The notes under the pieces are model-generated. The model was given only the letters and a program-made list of their open reading frames with translations. It did no database searches and was not told the origin of the DNA. Positions 63,493 through 64,000 of a stretch of 64,000 nucleotides of DNA are shown here, one piece after another. Position numbers and translations under genes: made by a program. The stretch's first letter is position 1, and the number at the start of each line of letters is the position of its first letter. The stretch lies in the sequence record OZ196285.1; one strand, written 5' to 3'.

Positions 63493-64000
63493 ATGGACGA
63501 AGAACTTGTACGCCAGATGATGGCGTTGACAAATGTTGATGATCTAGGTATCCCGGGTGCAATTGAAGCGCCAGAGCCCGAAGAATTTCAGCCACCGGTG
63601 ATTAAAGAAGTAACGAGTAATCCGGGCGAACGTGTCAAAGATCTAGAGTCTGATTATGCAACAGTGCGTGATAACGCTCACTTCCAACAACAACTATTGC
63701 GTATGGCAGCAATGAAAGCGTTCGAAAACGCTAACATGTCAGACGCACCGAGAATGATGGAGGTGTTTGCAACGTTGATGACTCAGATGACCAACAACAA
63801 CAAACAGATTCTTGATATTCAGAAGCAGATGAAAGACATCACTCAGCAAGAAATTGCAACTGCGCAAGGGACTGGTAGTGGTACTGTTCAATCGATTAAT
63901 GCTGAAACGGCTGTATTTGTTGGTAATGCTCGTGATTTGTTAAATGATGTCGGTTCACGACAGGAGTATTTGCGCGAGAAACGAGAGAAAGAGGTAATCG
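63493..64000 (+). CDS. 16: gp16 terminase small subunit (runs off the window end)
   Basis: SNP..R..DLE.DY..VR.N.HFQQQ, PR..EVFATLM and VF.G motifs; open to the end of the window, so absent from the ORF track. Confidence 0.92.
   Translation, partial: MDEELVRQMMALTNVDDLGIPGAIEAPEPEEFQPPVIKEVTSNPGERVKDLESDYATVRDNAHFQQQLLRMAAMKAFENANMSDAPRMMEVFATLMTQMTNNNKQILDIQKQMKDITQQEIATAQGTGSGTVQSINAETAVFVGNARDLLNDVGSRQEYLREKREKEVI

Overview
64-kb segment of a large T4-like myovirus genome. Gene order and content resemble KVP40-type vibriophages, but the host cannot be read from the sequence. Left to right: (1) PhoH, an AsiA homologue, a DUF2829/Tad2-like protein and a holin-position membrane protein; (2) a cassette of four long-tail-fibre genes, two of them with T4 gp36-like N-termini; (3) a YkuK-type RNase H-fold gene, a DUF2828 TROVE/vWA (Ro60-like) gene, a cyclic-phosphate-processing REC-domain gene and small hypotheticals; (4) a 9-kb minus-strand RNA region with 26 tRNAs covering all 20 amino acids, an HNH endonuclease and many structured non-tRNA RNAs; (5) 57B (Acb1-like), 57A, 1, 3, the baseplate and tail cluster, wac, 13, 14, an extended 15 and the start of 16. 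The strongest candidate for an undescribed system is a family of non-coding RNAs that share the layout helix + 3 nt + C(A/U)GCAA. The motif is displayed on tRNA bodies with a swollen anticodon domain, on a circularly permuted YrlA-like tRNA mimic and on ~200-nt multi-hairpin RNAs, all near the Ro60-like gene and RNA-processing genes. All RNA folds were done by eye, and all protein calls come from recognised motifs and synteny, not database searches.
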